DNA of 64,000 bases, taken from contig CAWBYW010000030.1 of assembly GCA_963792965.1 (NCBI GenBank), forward strand, positions 32,001-96,000. The letters are read 5' to 3'. The position numbers were made by a program, and so were the translations under genes. This DNA is from an uncultured delta proteobacterium (lineage in GTDB: Bacteria > Desulfobacterota > Zymogenia > Zymogenales > Zymogenaceae). Shown here piece by piece: positions 9,289 to 21,292 of the stretch; position 1 is the first letter of the stretch, and every line of letters starts with the position of its first letter. Under the pieces are notes generated by a model. That model was not told where the DNA came from and ran no database searches. It saw only the letters and a list, made by a program, of their open reading frames with translations.

Positions 9289-11089
9289 ATGGCATGACAG
9301 CACAAGACCCTCAACGGTGTCTTCTGCGACAACGCGAAGAAATTCGCGGATGACGTCATCATCAAGTACAAGCCCCGGAAGGGAGGGCCCTATACCGACC
9401 TGACCTGGAGGGAGCTCTCCGACCGGGCGACGGCCTTTGCCACGGGGATGGTCGCCATAGGGCTCAAACCGGGTGACCGGCTCGGTATCCTGTCGGCCAA
9501 CCGCATCGAATGGATTGTTGCCGACCTCGGCACCCTCCTTTCGGGCGGCATAGATGTGCCGATCTACCACACCAACACCGCCGAGCAGTGCGCCTACATC
9601 GTCAAGGATTCCGGATCCCGCTTCATCGTCGTGGAGGACGCGCAGCAGCTCTCTAAAGTGCTCGAGAAACGGCGTGACCTGAAAGGGCTTGCCCGGATCA
9701 TCCTCATCGAGGGAGTCACCGCCCCAGGATAGTAGGGACGTCATGACGTTTGCCGAGCTCCTGGAGAAAGGTGCGTCGGGCGGCGCGAAGCTCCGGGCCG
9801 AGGTGGATCGGCGCACGGGCGCGGTCAAATCCGACGATCCGGCCACCATCGTCTACACCTCCGGCACGACCGGCCCCCCCAAGGGGTGCACCCTGTCTCA
9901 CAGTAACGCCGTCTTCGTGCTGGACTCCATCAAAGAGATTATCCATATCGACGGCCGGTCAAACCTCTCGCTCATGATCCTTCCGATATCCCACTTCTAC
10001 CCGCGCGTTTCGGGCTATTACTACAATATCTACAGCAATATCCCCTTTGCCATCGCGGAGTCTATCGACACGCTCGCAATGAACATGATGGAGACGAGTC
10101 CCACGTACTTCACGAGCGTCCCCCGTATCTTCGAAAAGGTCTACGCGCGGATCACCGCCGCGGCGTCCGGGGGCTCGGCCGTAAAAAGGCTCCTATTTCG
10201 GTGGGCGGTATCGGTGGGAAGGAGGCGGAGCAGGCTCCTCAACGGGCATGAGCGTGTGCCGGCGCTCCTCAGGTTCAGGTTCGCCGTCGCCGACGCCCTC
10301 GTCTTCAAGAAGATCCGCGCGCTCCTCGGGGGCCGGCTCACCTTCGCGCTTTCGGCGGGCGCCCCACTCTCCGCCGAGGTCGGTGAGTTCATCCACAGCA
10401 TCGGCGTCCAGGTCCTGGAGTTCTACGGGCTGACCGAGACCGTCGGCGGCACCATGACGACCTTTGAGGCGTGCAGATACGGCACGGTCGGCCGTCCGAT
10501 GCCGGGATTCGAGGTAAAGATCGCCGAGGACGGCGAAATCCTCATCCGTGGCAACAATTTCCTGGGCTATCACAACAAGGCCGAGCTGACCGCCGATACG
10601 ATCAGGGGCGGCTGGTGCTATACGGGTGATATCGGCACGTGGGACGTGGACGGTTACCTTGTCATCACCGACCGAAAGAAGGACCTCATCATTACCTCAG
10701 GTGGCAAAAACATCTCTCCGGCAAACATCGAAAATCTTCTCAAGCAGATTCGCCTCGTATCGCTGCCGATGGTCTACGGCAACAACAAAAATTACCTGAC
10801 GGCACTCATCACGCTGGACAAAAACGAAACGGAGTTTTTTGCCCAGCAACACGGTATCCCCTATGCCTCCTTTGAAGAGCTGACAGGGCGCCCCGAAATC
10901 ATGGAGGTGATCCAAAAAGGTGTTGACGCGACGAACCGGGAGCTGGCGAAGTTTGAGACGATAAAGAAATTCATCGTGCTGCCCCGCGAATTTTCCCAGG
11001 AGGAAGGTGAGATCACTCCGACCCTCAAGGTCAAGCGGAAGGTCATCACCGAAAAATATCGGGACCTCCTGGCATCGCTCTACGAATAG
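9289..11089 (+). CDS. fadD: Long-chain acyl-CoA synthetase (AMP-forming); disrupted near the start and at ~9730
   Basis: YTSGTTGPPKG, FYGLTET, YTGDIG, DRKKDLIITSGGKNISP and TPTLKVKR; N-terminal part (LTWRELSDR..GLKPGDRLGILS) is in another frame. Confidence 0.85.
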
Positions 11090-11095
11090 TCGACG

Positions 11096-14000
11096 ATGGC
11101 GCGCCTCTTTTCAGGACCCTTCTTCCCCTCCCTCGAGGAGCGGCTCGCAGCGCGAGCTTTCCTCGATCAGACAAAGGGACCCGTTTTCCCCCGTCGCCGT
11201 GCTCGCGCCCACACGGCCCGCCGTACGGAGGCTCCAGTCACTTCTCGCCGCCCAAGGCCCGTGGGTCAACATCCATTTTCACACCTTCTTTACCCTGGCC
11301 GTTTCCGTCCTCAAGGGGGCCGGGAAGGAGGTCCGGCCGAGCCCGCCGCCGTCCGCCCTTTCGCTCCTCCTGAAAGAAGTTATCGAGGCCCAATCGCCGC
11401 AAAACGAGCATACCCGCTTTTTCCTCAGGTACGAGAGCTGCCTGGAGCGGCTCCTTTTTCTCTTTTCCCGCTTCACCTCCTATCGGATCGACCCGCCCGC
11501 GCACCCGGTCGGGATTGAAATGACCCTCTTTGAGATCTATCGCTCGTTTGAGGACGAGAAGCTGGCGCGCGCGATCCGTGACGCGGAAGATCTTATAGGT
11601 GACGCCGCACGCCTCTTGCCATCCGGCATCCCCGAAGGCGTGCCACGAACCGTTCTGCTCTACGGTTTCTATGACCTCAACCCGGCGCAACGGGAGATTG
11701 TCAGGCACCTCGACGAGCAGGGCGACCTCACGATATGCGCCCCGGGCGGCTTTTCGGAGGAAGCCGAGGAATTTTTCGTCGAGACCCGCACCTTCTACCG
11801 GGAGCTCGCCGAGCGATCAGGGGGACACGGCGCAAACATCAGCCGCCGATCATGAGCCGGCGATCCTCCCCGTCGCACGGGACCTCTTTTCGACCGGGCC
11901 TGTAGCCCCGCACGAGGCCGGGGGCGCGATCGGGATGATCACCGCCTCGGGGATTTTCGGTGAGGCGCGCGCGGTGGCGCTTGAGATCGTCCGACTGAGG
12001 GAGGCACAACCCCTCGATCTCCTGGCACGAGATTGCGGTGACCATGAGGGAGCTTTCCGACTTTGCCGAAGCCCTATGCGGCGCGCTTGCCGACTTCTCG
12101 ATTCCCGCCGTTTTCAACGGAGGGCTTCCCCCTCTCGTCGATGCCCGAGGTCAGATATTTCCTCATACTGCTGTCCGCCCTCGAGAAGAGGCTTCCTCGT
12201 GACGACATCGTCTTTCTCCTCTCATCGGCACTTTTCGCCTGGCCGGATCTCGCTCTAACAGATCAAGCCTGGGTGCGCGACAACGCCCACCTCCTGTCGG
12301 CGATCGCCAGGAAATATCGGATCATCTCGGGCAAGAACGAGTGGGAAAACGCCTTCATCGAGCACGAGCGGTATCCCCTCCTCTTTGACCCCCTCGACGA
12401 TGAGACGGACGGCGCGGCCTTGTACGACCGGGAGCGATCGATGGCGCGCTATATCACCGCGGCGCGGCCGGTCATCACCGGATTTCTCCGAACCCTTGCC
12501 GACATCCCGGCCGAGGCGCCCCTTTCCGACTACCACGAGCGCTTCAATTCCCTCATCGATACCTACATGCGGCCCCTTGATGGAGGATCACAGGCCGGGG
12601 GCTGTCTCAAAGAATTGCTTACCGCCGTCCGCGGCGTCTCCGAGATCCAGGCGCATAGTCACGCGTGCGGAGTACCTCGTACTCCTCAGAAAAGAGATCG
12701 GGCAGCGTACCGTGCCCGCGCGCGAAGACGGTGACGCTGTCTTTGTCTCCGACGTCATGGGCATGCGCGGCCTCTCCTTTGATGCCGTCTTCCTCATGGG
12801 GATGAACGAGAAGGTCTTCCCGCGCATCTCAAGCCGCGATCCCTTCCTCTCCGACGAGACCCGGCACGGCCTCGGCCTGCCCACGACGGCCTCCCGATCC
12901 CTTGAAGATCGTATCCTCTTCGTATTGGCCGTTGCGTCGGCACAAGACCGGCTCGTCGTCTCCCGGCAGCGCAGCGACGATGCGGGCCGGACCAGTCTCT
13001 CCCTCCCCGTTTCTCATGGAGCTTGCCTCGCGGATAACGATCGACGGCGCGCCCGTGGACCTCGCGTCCCCTCTCGCGGTGAGGGCGGGGCGCGACTATC
13101 CCCGGCTGCTGGCGGCGGACCCCGAGATCTCCCAATACCGGCACCAGGACGCGCGCGCCTTTCTCTGTCTCGGATGGCCGGCGCCCGATGACCTGAGGGC
13201 GGTACGGGCCGTCGTCTCCGAGACTCCTTTCCTGGGGGCGGGACTGGCTGCCCTCGACGATCGGGCGTCCGACAACGCCTTTTCGGTATATGACGGCCTC
13301 ATCGGCAACGTCGACGGTATTCTCGATATGATCGTGCCCCTCTCGTCCAGGAAGCTTGAGACCTACGCCTCGTGTCCGTTTGACTTTTTCATGCGCGATA
13401 TCCTTTCGGCCCAGCTCCAAGACGATGTCGAGGAGGAGCTGGACGTAGAGCCGAAGGAGCTGGGCCAGTTGTATCATCGAGTCCTCGCCAGGCTCTTCCC
13501 CACCCTCGTCGAAAAGGGTCTCTTCACAGCAAAGGATGCCGATGCGAAGATCATCGAGGGCCTCGTGAGCGGATACGTCAAGAAAGAGGTGTCGGGAAAG
13601 CTCCTCGGGCGCATCCCCGCACTGATCCTCCGGGCGCGGGAGGAGCACGCCGCCTTGATCATCGGGCGCCTGATCGGACGAGAGCGGTCGATCTCCCCGT
13701 GGGGATTTGTCCCGGCACGCTACGAGGTCGCTTTCGGAGGGCGCACGGACACGTTGCCGGAACACCCCGCCCTCATCCTTACCATCGGGTCCCAACCCCT
13801 CCCCTTTGTCGGCAGAATCGACCGGATCGACATCAACGAATCGGAAGGCGCGTTTTCCGTTATCGACTACAAACGGAAAAAGCCGTCCACCAGGCGTAAG
13901 CTTAAGACCGAGATCGAGCGCGGCCGCCATTTCCAGCTCCCCATCTACCTCATGGCCGCAGAGGACCTCCTCCTTGCCGGAAAGCGGACACCCGCAGGGG

Positions 14001-14284
14001 GCGCCCTCGTCTATCTGGAGACCGACGACGGGCCCGACCACCGGGAGACGCTTTCGCGCGAAGAATACGAACAGACCCGCGATGCCGTCGTGGAAGAGAT
14101 CGGGGAAGTCATCACGGAGATGCAGTCGGGGAACTTTACCCCGTTCAGGGGAGACTCGTGCCGCTTCTGCGGCTATCGGGACCTCTGCCGCAGCGACATC
14201 AAGGCTATCGGCAAGATCAGAAGGGAAAAGACGACCACGGAGCCCGCCGAGGGCAAACAGGGTACTAACAACGATGAAGAATGA
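11096..14284 (+). CDS. addB: AddB/RexB-like inactivated helicase-nuclease subunit (about six frameshifts)
   Basis: Stitched from ORFs 11096/11007/11599/12063/12385/12902. Motifs: LLYGFYDLNPAQ, RGLSFDAVFLMGMNEKVFP, YASCPFDFF, GRIDRID, VIDYK, QLPIY and CRFCGYRDLC (Fe-S staple nuclease). Confidence 0.75.
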
Positions 14285-17200
14285 AACCGTCACGGAATCG
14301 TTCGCACTTGCCGGCGGCGTGAGCGCCGCGGTCATCGCCGGCGCAGGGACGGGGAAGACCACCCGCCTGATCGGGGAGATCGTCGCCCTGATCGAGCGTC
14401 GGGGTGTGCCCATCGAGCGAATCCTGGCGGTCACCTTCTCGGACGGGGCCGCCGCCGACATGAAACATAAGCTGAGGACGCGGCTTTCCGCGCCGCTCGG
14501 CGACACACATGGTGACCGCTTCCAGACGGCCCTGCTCTCTCTGCCGCGGGCACAGATCAGCACTATTCACTCACTTGCCCAGAAAATCCTCCGGGAAAAC
14601 CCATTCCAGGCCGGGATCGACCCCGGATTTGTTATCGAGGAGGAGTCATCCGATATCCTCCTGTCCGACGAGTTGTGGCGGTTATGGGCGCAGAAGGCCT
14701 TCCGGGGGGGGACGGAGTTCGACGAAGATCTTGTGATGCTGCTGGGGTATATGAGCGCGGAAAGTCTCAAGGGAATCGCGTTGACGCTGGCCGCGCGTCC
14801 TGATCGGCTCCCGGGCTATTTCCCCCACCGGGTGGATCCCGAGCAGGAAAAGAATCGCATTAAGAAAAAACTGCACGATCTCGGACAGTCCCTCTCGCGC
14901 GTCACCCCGTCGGTATCCGGCCCCGATCCCCTCTATGAAAGGTTTCGGACAGTCACTGAAATCCTTGCGCATGATGACCTTGCCGAGATCGCCGGCCTCG
15001 TACAGACGGCCCCCCTCAAGAAGCAGGGAGGCAGCAAAACCCGCTGGGCCGACCAGTCCGTCTTTCAGGCGGTAAAGGAGCTCATCGACGGGCCCGACGG
15101 TGCAATCGATACGCTCAAGGGAGTGGGGACCTTTCTGCGCCGCCTTGAGGAAGACGCCGTCACCCATACCGCGATCCGCGTCCTATCGGACTTCGTCGCT
15201 TTCTCGCGGGCCGAAAAGCGGCGGCGCGGGCTCCTCTCGTTCTTCGACCTGATATGGGAGACCAGGAGTCTCCTGGTGCGTGAGCCGAAGGTCAGAGAGC
15301 AATACCAGCACGAGTTTGACTACATCCTCGTCGACGAATTTCAGGACATCGATCCGATCCTCGGGGACATCATCCTGCTCCTGGCTGAGGACGGCCCCGC
15401 AGCAAAGCGCCCCGAGGACGTACGGCTGAAACCCGGAAAGCTTTTCATTGTGGGCGACCCAAAGCAGTCGATCTACCGCTTTCGGGAGGCGGAAGTCGGC
15501 GTCTTCTTCTCGGTGATGCGCAAGATCGAGGAATCGGGCGGCCGCTCCGATAAGCTCGATACCAACTACCGGAGCCAGCACCATCTCATCGACTTTCAAA
15601 ACGCGTTCTTTGACCGCTATATTCGCCACGAGGATGACCGGTTTGTCATCGAATACGTCCCCCTAAAACCCCACTTGCCCGACATAGCCGCGGCCGACCG
15701 GAAGCCCGTCGTCCGAATCGTCGATTCCGACCCAGGCTCAACGCTGTCGGCCGAGGAGATCAGGCGCGCGGAGGCGGACTTTATCGCCGCCCAGATAAAC
15801 GCGCTGGTCGAAAAGAAGGTCGAGGGGAGGATCATCAGGGATAGTGTGACCGGCACTGTACGCGATATCGAGTATCGGGATATCGCGATCCTTTTCCGCA
15901 GCCTGTCGGGTGTCTCTTCGCTCTATGAGGAGTCGCTCAAGAAGATAGGGATCCCCTATTTTATCGTGGGGGGGCGGGGCTATTTCCAGCGGCAGGAAGT
16001 GTACGATGTCACCAATATCATCAGGGCGATCGTTGATCCCGACGACCGGCGCGCGCTGGTCGGCGCCCTCAGGAGCCCGGCCTTCGGTATCGATGACCTG
16101 ACCCTCTATACGGCGGCGCGCCACCGCACGCTCTCCTATTTAACGAGCGATCCGGAGGGGCCGATGGGGGATGCGTTGGGCGCGATGAGGACCCTTCACG
16201 GCTCGGCGTTTCGGCTCACCCTCTCGGGGCTCCTTTCGGAGATCTACCGGACAATCCCGATTGTCGAGGTCAACGCATTCGGCCCCGGCGGCGTTCAGCG
16301 CGTCGGCAACCTCATGAAAATCAGGGAGACCGTGCTCGCCCTCGAATCGAAGGGCCCCTTTACCCTCTCGGCTTTCCTGAAGCTCCTCACGATGCTCTCG
16401 CTGGAGAGGGAGGACGAGGGTGAGGCGGCGGTGACCGAGGAGGGACGGGACGCCGTGCGGATCATGACGATCCACGCGGCCAAGGGGCTCGAATTCCCCA
16501 TCGTGATGGTCCCCGACCTCGGCAGGAAAAAGAGGCCGTGGGATCGTGAGGGGATCTTTATCAATCGTTCCGACACCGCCGTCTCCGGAGCGCGGCTTGG
16601 GCCCGTCGCCGATTTCGGGTATCGTGGCGCGATCAGAGAGCACGAGGAACTGCGCGCGGCGGCCGAGGAGAGGCGGCTCCTTTACGTCGCCGCCACCCGT
16701 GCGCGGGACCGGCTCATCCTGATTGGCTCGCCCAAAGAGATCACGAGCCACCAGCGCGCCCTGATGGAGTTTGCCGAGTCGATAGAGGGCGCTACGCCGA
16801 CCGTGGCCGCGCGGGAAAAGATCGACCGGGACCTCACTGAGAAGTTCTTCTTCGAAAAAAGGGGCGCGCGCATTGCCGACCTCTTCTCAGGACCCGCCGA
16901 CGCGACCCCGCTTGAGGAGGCACGGAAACGGGAAGAGGAGCGCCGCGCAGACTGTGAGCTCGCGATGGGCCGGCGTTTCTTCTCGTTTGTCACCGAGGGA
17001 AAACAGGAAGAACCATACGAGCCGCCCCGCGCCCCGGTCGTGGGTCCGGACGATACGGGGAGACTTGTGGGCACCCTCGTCCACGAGGTCCTGGGCCTGT
17101 CCGACCTCACGGGCGACGGACCGACGGACTCGCTGATTGCCACGGCGGTTGAGGGCATGGGTCTGGCGCCCGATGTCAGGGACCGGGTCATAGAGGAGGC

Positions 17201-17531
17201 GCGCGGACTCATCACACGCTTCCTGAGCTCCGACATCCGGCGCCTCATCGCGTCCTCTCAAATCATCGGGAGGGAGATCCCGATCCTCTCATCGCGCGAA
17301 GGGGTAACCGTTACCGGACGGATAGACGTCGCGTTCCGGACGCATGACGGCATTGTCGTGCTCGACTATAAGACCGATGCCGTCACGAAAGAGGGCGCGC
17401 CGGGTGCCGCCGAGCGGTACCGGGCCCAGATCGTGGCCTATGTCGACGCCTTGACAATGTCGGCCAAGCTCGATACAATTGTGAAGGGTGCTGTCTATTT
17501 CTTGCGGCCGGATGTCGTCGTCTATTTCTGA
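14274..17531 (+). CDS. addA: AddA-like UvrD-family helicase with C-terminal PD-(D/E)xK nuclease
   Basis: AGAGTGKT, ISTIHS, VDEFQD, VGDPKQSIYRFR, TNYRS, MTIHAAKGLEF, LYVAATRARD and GRID..LDYKTD; ATG at 14274 overlaps the end of addB. Confidence 0.88.
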   Translation: MKNETVTESFALAGGVSAAVIAGAGTGKTTRLIGEIVALIERRGVPIERILAVTFSDGAAADMKHKLRTRLSAPLGDTHGDRFQTALLSLPRAQISTIHSLAQKILRENPFQAGIDPGFVIEEESSDILLSDELWRLWAQKAFRGGTEFDEDLVMLLGYMSAESLKGIALTLAARPDRLPGYFPHRVDPEQEKNRIKKKLHDLGQSLSRVTPSVSGPDPLYERFRTVTEILAHDDLAEIAGLVQTAPLKKQGGSKTRWADQSVFQAVKELIDGPDGAIDTLKGVGTFLRRLEEDAVTHTAIRVLSDFVAFSRAEKRRRGLLSFFDLIWETRSLLVREPKVREQYQHEFDYILVDEFQDIDPILGDIILLLAEDGPAAKRPEDVRLKPGKLFIVGDPKQSIYRFREAEVGVFFSVMRKIEESGGRSDKLDTNYRSQHHLIDFQNAFFDRYIRHEDDRFVIEYVPLKPHLPDIAAADRKPVVRIVDSDPGSTLSAEEIRRAEADFIAAQINALVEKKVEGRIIRDSVTGTVRDIEYRDIAILFRSLSGVSSLYEESLKKIGIPYFIVGGRGYFQRQEVYDVTNIIRAIVDPDDRRALVGALRSPAFGIDDLTLYTAARHRTLSYLTSDPEGPMGDALGAMRTLHGSAFRLTLSGLLSEIYRTIPIVEVNAFGPGGVQRVGNLMKIRETVLALESKGPFTLSAFLKLLTMLSLEREDEGEAAVTEEGRDAVRIMTIHAAKGLEFPIVMVPDLGRKKRPWDREGIFINRSDTAVSGARLGPVADFGYRGAIREHEELRAAAEERRLLYVAATRARDRLILIGSPKEITSHQRALMEFAESIEGATPTVAAREKIDRDLTEKFFFEKRGARIADLFSGPADATPLEEARKREEERRADCELAMGRRFFSFVTEGKQEEPYEPPRAPVVGPDDTGRLVGTLVHEVLGLSDLTGDGPTDSLIATAVEGMGLAPDVRDRVIEEARGLITRFLSSDIRRLIASSQIIGREIPILSSREGVTVTGRIDVAFRTHDGIVVLDYKTDAVTKEGAPGAAERYRAQIVAYVDALTMSAKLDTIVKGAVYFLRPDVVVYF

Positions 17532-17607
17532 TTGCCCACCCACCCGCCCGATACGGCGCGACGCCGGCGGTTTCGTCCGGATATCTTTAATAAGAAGGAG
17601 GTTTCCC

Positions 17608-18738
17608 ATGAAAAGAGGGGTGCTGCTTCTTCTTGCGGCAGCGATCATCTGTGCCGCCGTCCCGGCGTTTGCCGGGGAATCGAAGTATTTTTCCGGAGAA
17701 TCGTATGTCCTCAAACAGAACGAGACCGTCGATGGCGACCTCTTTGTCTTCTCCAATTCCATCAGGATCGAGGGAAAGGTCATCGGCGAGGCCTTCCTGC
17801 TGGGAAGAGACGTGATCGTGAGCGGCGACGTTACCGGTGACGCGTTTGTCATCGGCGATTCGGTCAAGCTTTCCGGTCATCTCAGTGCCGACACGCGGGT
17901 GCTGGGCAACACGCTCGAGCTACCCGGGACGTTCGACGGAGAGGTCAGCGCCGCCGGCAGGAATGTCGACCTGGCAGGAACGATAGCGGGGGTCGTTAAC
18001 GCGAAAGGTAAGACCGTCAATGCCTCGGGGGTATTCGGCGACAGGGTCCGGCTGCGCGGCCGAAGCGTTGTGCTTCTCCCGAGCGCCCGCTTCGACAAGG
18101 ACGTCGACGTCACCGCCGAGGAATTTAATAAGGCCGATTCCGTCGTGATCAAAGGCTCGCTCAATCAGATCATCGGCAAAGAGCTTGCCCACGAGAAGAA
18201 GAAGGAGGGAGCCCGCGGGTGGTGGGTTCTGCTGGCTTTCTGGTTCGTCACGCTGTGTGGGATCATCATCGTGGGGCTGATCCTCAGGGCTCTTTTTCCC
18301 GGCTTCGTCGGGAAGGCCACTGAAATGGTCTATCACCATCCCCTGCATGACCTCGGCTGGGGCGTGTTGACCATCGTCCTGATGCCGATCATCCTTCTCA
18401 TCCTCATCGTGACGCTGATCGGTATACCTCTGGCTTTACTGCTGCTCCTGGCCTTTATCGTAGGTCTCTATCTCGGAAAGCTCTTCGTCGCCGTGGCGGT
18501 GGGTGGATTTCTGATCTCCCGCTTTTCCGCGAAAGAGACGCATTTCTGGACGCGGCTCGTCCTCGGGGCGGTGATCGTCTACCTGGTCCTGGCCATTCCG
18601 CTTATCGGCTTCTTCATCGCGATACTCGTCCTGTGCCTCGGCATCGGGGCCATCGTGAACTTATGGGTCGTATCGCGAAAAAGACCGCAAGCGGCGAGGG
18701 CCTCAAAGGCTCCGGCGGCCCGAAGAGCAAAGAAATGA
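17608..18738 (+). CDS. Exported beta-helix (bactofilin-like repeats) fused to a multi-TM C-terminal domain
   Basis: AGGAGG RBS, signal peptide (..AVPAFA), ~15-aa repeats such as [16 protein letters not shown] / [16 protein letters not shown], then about 6 hydrophobic helices. Confidence 0.7.
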   Translation: MKRGVLLLLAAAIICAAVPAFAGESKYFSGESYVLKQNETVDGDLFVFSNSIRIEGKVIGEAFLLGRDVIVSGDVTGDAFVIGDSVKLSGHLSADTRVLGNTLELPGTFDGEVSAAGRNVDLAGTIAGVVNAKGKTVNASGVFGDRVRLRGRSVVLLPSARFDKDVDVTAEEFNKADSVVIKGSLNQIIGKELAHEKKKEGARGWWVLLAFWFVTLCGIIIVGLILRALFPGFVGKATEMVYHHPLHDLGWGVLTIVLMPIILLILIVTLIGIPLALLLLLAFIVGLYLGKLFVAVAVGGFLISRFSAKETHFWTRLVLGAVIVYLVLAIPLIGFFIAILVLCLGIGAIVNLWVVSRKRPQAARASKAPAARRAKK

Positions 18739-18898
18739 AGCCGACGCGCGGCACGGCCGGTTAAGCTCCGCCGGTAGGTCAAGGTGGGAATGTGAGAACG
18801 GGCAACCTTTGGTTGCCCGTTACGTTTAGCGGGGGGTTTGGATGTCTTTTTTGCGGTCCCGGCGGAGCACCCGCGAAGACGCTCTTCGGCGGGGCCGC

Positions 18899-20201
18899 TT
18901 ACGGGTATATCCTTCCCATCACGCGCGGAAACGGGATCGCCTCCCTGCAGGTGCTCAAGCCCGCAGATCCAGGCCAGCGTCCTCTCCAGCCCCAGCCCGA
19001 AGCCCGAATGGACCACCGAGCCGTACTTCCTCAGCTCGAGATACCACTCGTAGGAATCCTCGGGCAGGCCGTCCTCGCGGATGCGGGCAAGGAGCTTGCC
19101 GTAGTCGTCCTCCCTCTGGGAGCCGCCGATGATCTCTCCGTAGCCTTCCGGCGCCAACAGATCGGCGCAGAGGACCTGGTCCGGTCGCGCGGGGTCCGCC
19201 TTCATGTAAAAGGCCTTCGCCTTTCTCGGGTAGTTGACGACAAAGACCGGCTTTTTAAAGAGCCCGGTAATAACCGTCTCGTCCTCGCCGGTCAGGTCGT
19301 CCCCCCATACGGTCGGCCTCCCCTTTTCTTTCAGGATCTTTATCGCCTCGTCGTACGAGATCCGCTCAAACGGCGGCGTCACAAGCGCGAGGGGTTTGGT
19401 GTCGCGGCCAAGCTGCGCCAGATCCTCCCCCCTCCGCTCGAGGATCCGTCCCACGACGTAGGAGACGAACTGCTCCTGCAGCGCGATGTTATCGTCGTTA
19501 TCAAAAAAGGCCATCTCCGCTTCCACCATCCAGAACTCGGTGAGGTGGCGGCGGGTCTTCGACTTCTCGGCCCGGAAGGTGGGGCCGAAGCAGTAGACCT
19601 TCTCGAAGGCGTAGATCGCCGCCTCCAGATAGAGCTGCCCCGTCTGGGCGAGGTAGGCCTTGCCGAGGTCGAAGTAATCGGTGGAAAAGAGCGTCCCGGC
19701 GCTCTCGCCGATGGCCCCCGTGAGGATGGGGCTATCGACGAGGAGAAAATCCCGCTCGGAAAAGAAGTCCCGGATGGCGCGGATCGCCTCATCCCTGATC
19801 CTCAGGATCGACAGCTGCCGCCGGGAGCGCAGCCAGAGGTGCCGGTTGGAGAGCAGGAAGTCGATGCCGTGGGACTTGGGGGTGATGGGGAATTCGTGCG
19901 GACTCGGCCGACGACGGAGAGCTCATCGACGGCAAGCTCATACCCCCCCGGGGAGCGCGGCTCCGCGCGGACCACCCCGGATATGATGAGGGCCGATTCC
20001 TGCCCGAGGGCATCGGCGCGAGTGAAAAGTCTCATCGTTCACATGTTCGTGCTCGACAACGCACTGGCAGATGCCGCTTCCGTCCCGAACGACCAGAAAC
20101 AGGACACCCGCCGTCCCCCGCTTGTTCATGAGCCAGCCGTGGATCGTGATCCGTTTCCCGACGTTGTCGGCAAATTTCCTGATCGGCGTATGGGCGTGCA
20201 T
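18899..20201 (-). CDS. asnS: Asparagine--tRNA ligase (frameshifted)
   Basis: [52 protein letters not shown] and [10 protein letters not shown]; the corrected C-terminus is [15 protein letters not shown]. Confidence 0.9.
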
Positions 20202-20224
20202 TGTGCTCCCCTCCCGTATAAAAG

Positions 20225-20254
20225 ATTATAGGAGAGGCGCGGCGATAAAGTCAA
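20225..20254 (-). promoter_or_regulatory. sigma70 promoter of asnS
   Basis: TTGACT-N18-TATAAT. Confidence 0.6.
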
Positions 20255-20361
20255 GGGACAAATCCCGTGGATGGGACGCGCCCGCGAACTCATGCCCCTC
20301 TCCGAATCGTTTTCCGCTTCTGCACAGCGCGCCCTCCCTGTAGTCGTCGCCGACTAATCCC

Positions 20362-20390
20362 TTGACATCACCCCTTTTGCCGGATACACT
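20362..20390 (+). promoter_or_regulatory. sigma70 promoter of the PPIase gene
   Basis: TTGACA-N17-TACACT. Confidence 0.65.
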
Positions 20391-20415
20391 GAACCAAAAC
20401 GATGGAGCACCTGAG

Positions 20416-21209
20416 ATGATTAAGAAAGTCGCTCTGTTTTGTCACGATCTGCCTCCTGGTCTTCTCGCTGTCCTGCACAAAGAAGGTAGCCGAGGGTGAC
20501 GGATGGTCGATCACCGCAAAGGAATTCCGTGAGAAATATGAGTCCCTTCCTCCCGAGGCGACGCCGTTTGTCGGCTCGGAAAAGGGTAAGAAGCTCTATC
20601 TCGATACGTTGATCCTGCGCGAGATCATCTACCGCGAGGCAAAAAAGGAAGGGATCACCGACGAGCCGGCCATGATAAGCCGGATGGAAGACGCCAAGAA
20701 GAAGGTGGTGTTGGAAGAGTATCTCAAGAGGAAACTCGAGGGGGGGCTATCTCCGGCCAAGGAAGAGACGGAAAAGTATTATCTCGAAAATAAGGACGCC
20801 TTCGATAATGCCGAAACGATCAGGGTGGAGCACATCCTCGTGAAGACAAGGGATGAGGCCGAGAAGATCCAGAAGTTGGTCGCCTCAGGAGAGAACTTCG
20901 AGAAGCTCGCGCGGGAAAATTCTATCTGTCCCAGCGCCTCGGGGGGCGGCGATCTCGGCTATTTCAAGCGGGGCGACATGGTGCCTGAGTTCGACAAGGC
21001 CGCCTTCGAGCTGGTAAAACCCGGGGACATCAGCCCCATCGTGGAGACGAAGTTCGGATTTCATATCATCAAGCTGGTCGACAAGGACCATCTGATGGAG
21101 AAATTCAGCCACCGATAAACGGGATGAGCTCATCGGGCGCTACCTCGAGGATCTGAAAAAGAAGGCGAACTATAAGATTCACGAAGAGAATCTTACCTTC
21201 GAAAAGTAG
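20416..21209 (+). CDS. Parvulin-type peptidyl-prolyl isomerase, PrsA-like lipoprotein (frameshifts near 20440 and 21110)
   Basis: Lipobox-like SLSC, HILVKT, FEKLARENS.CPS..GGDLGYF..MVPEF and TKFGFHII; the tail YLEDLKKKANYKIHEENL is in another frame. Confidence 0.85.
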
Positions 21210-21292
21210 GCCGTGGGCCGTGCGTCCGGTCGCGCCGGAGAAACGGGCGGCTTATCGTTGGCGATTTATCAACGACGGAGCAAGAGAAGGAT

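Noticed and set aside
9289-9300. In-frame TGA at codon 3 of the acyl-CoA ligase (ATG GCA TGA CAG) as selenocysteine or readthrough
   Set aside because: Non-catalytic position with no evident SECIS; removing one base gives ATG CAG CAC AAG, consistent with the local indel errors.
11096-17531. Helicase-nuclease pair as an anti-phage or Cas4-linked system
   Set aside because: Motifs and gene order match housekeeping AddAB; no CRISPR repeats or defence genes nearby.
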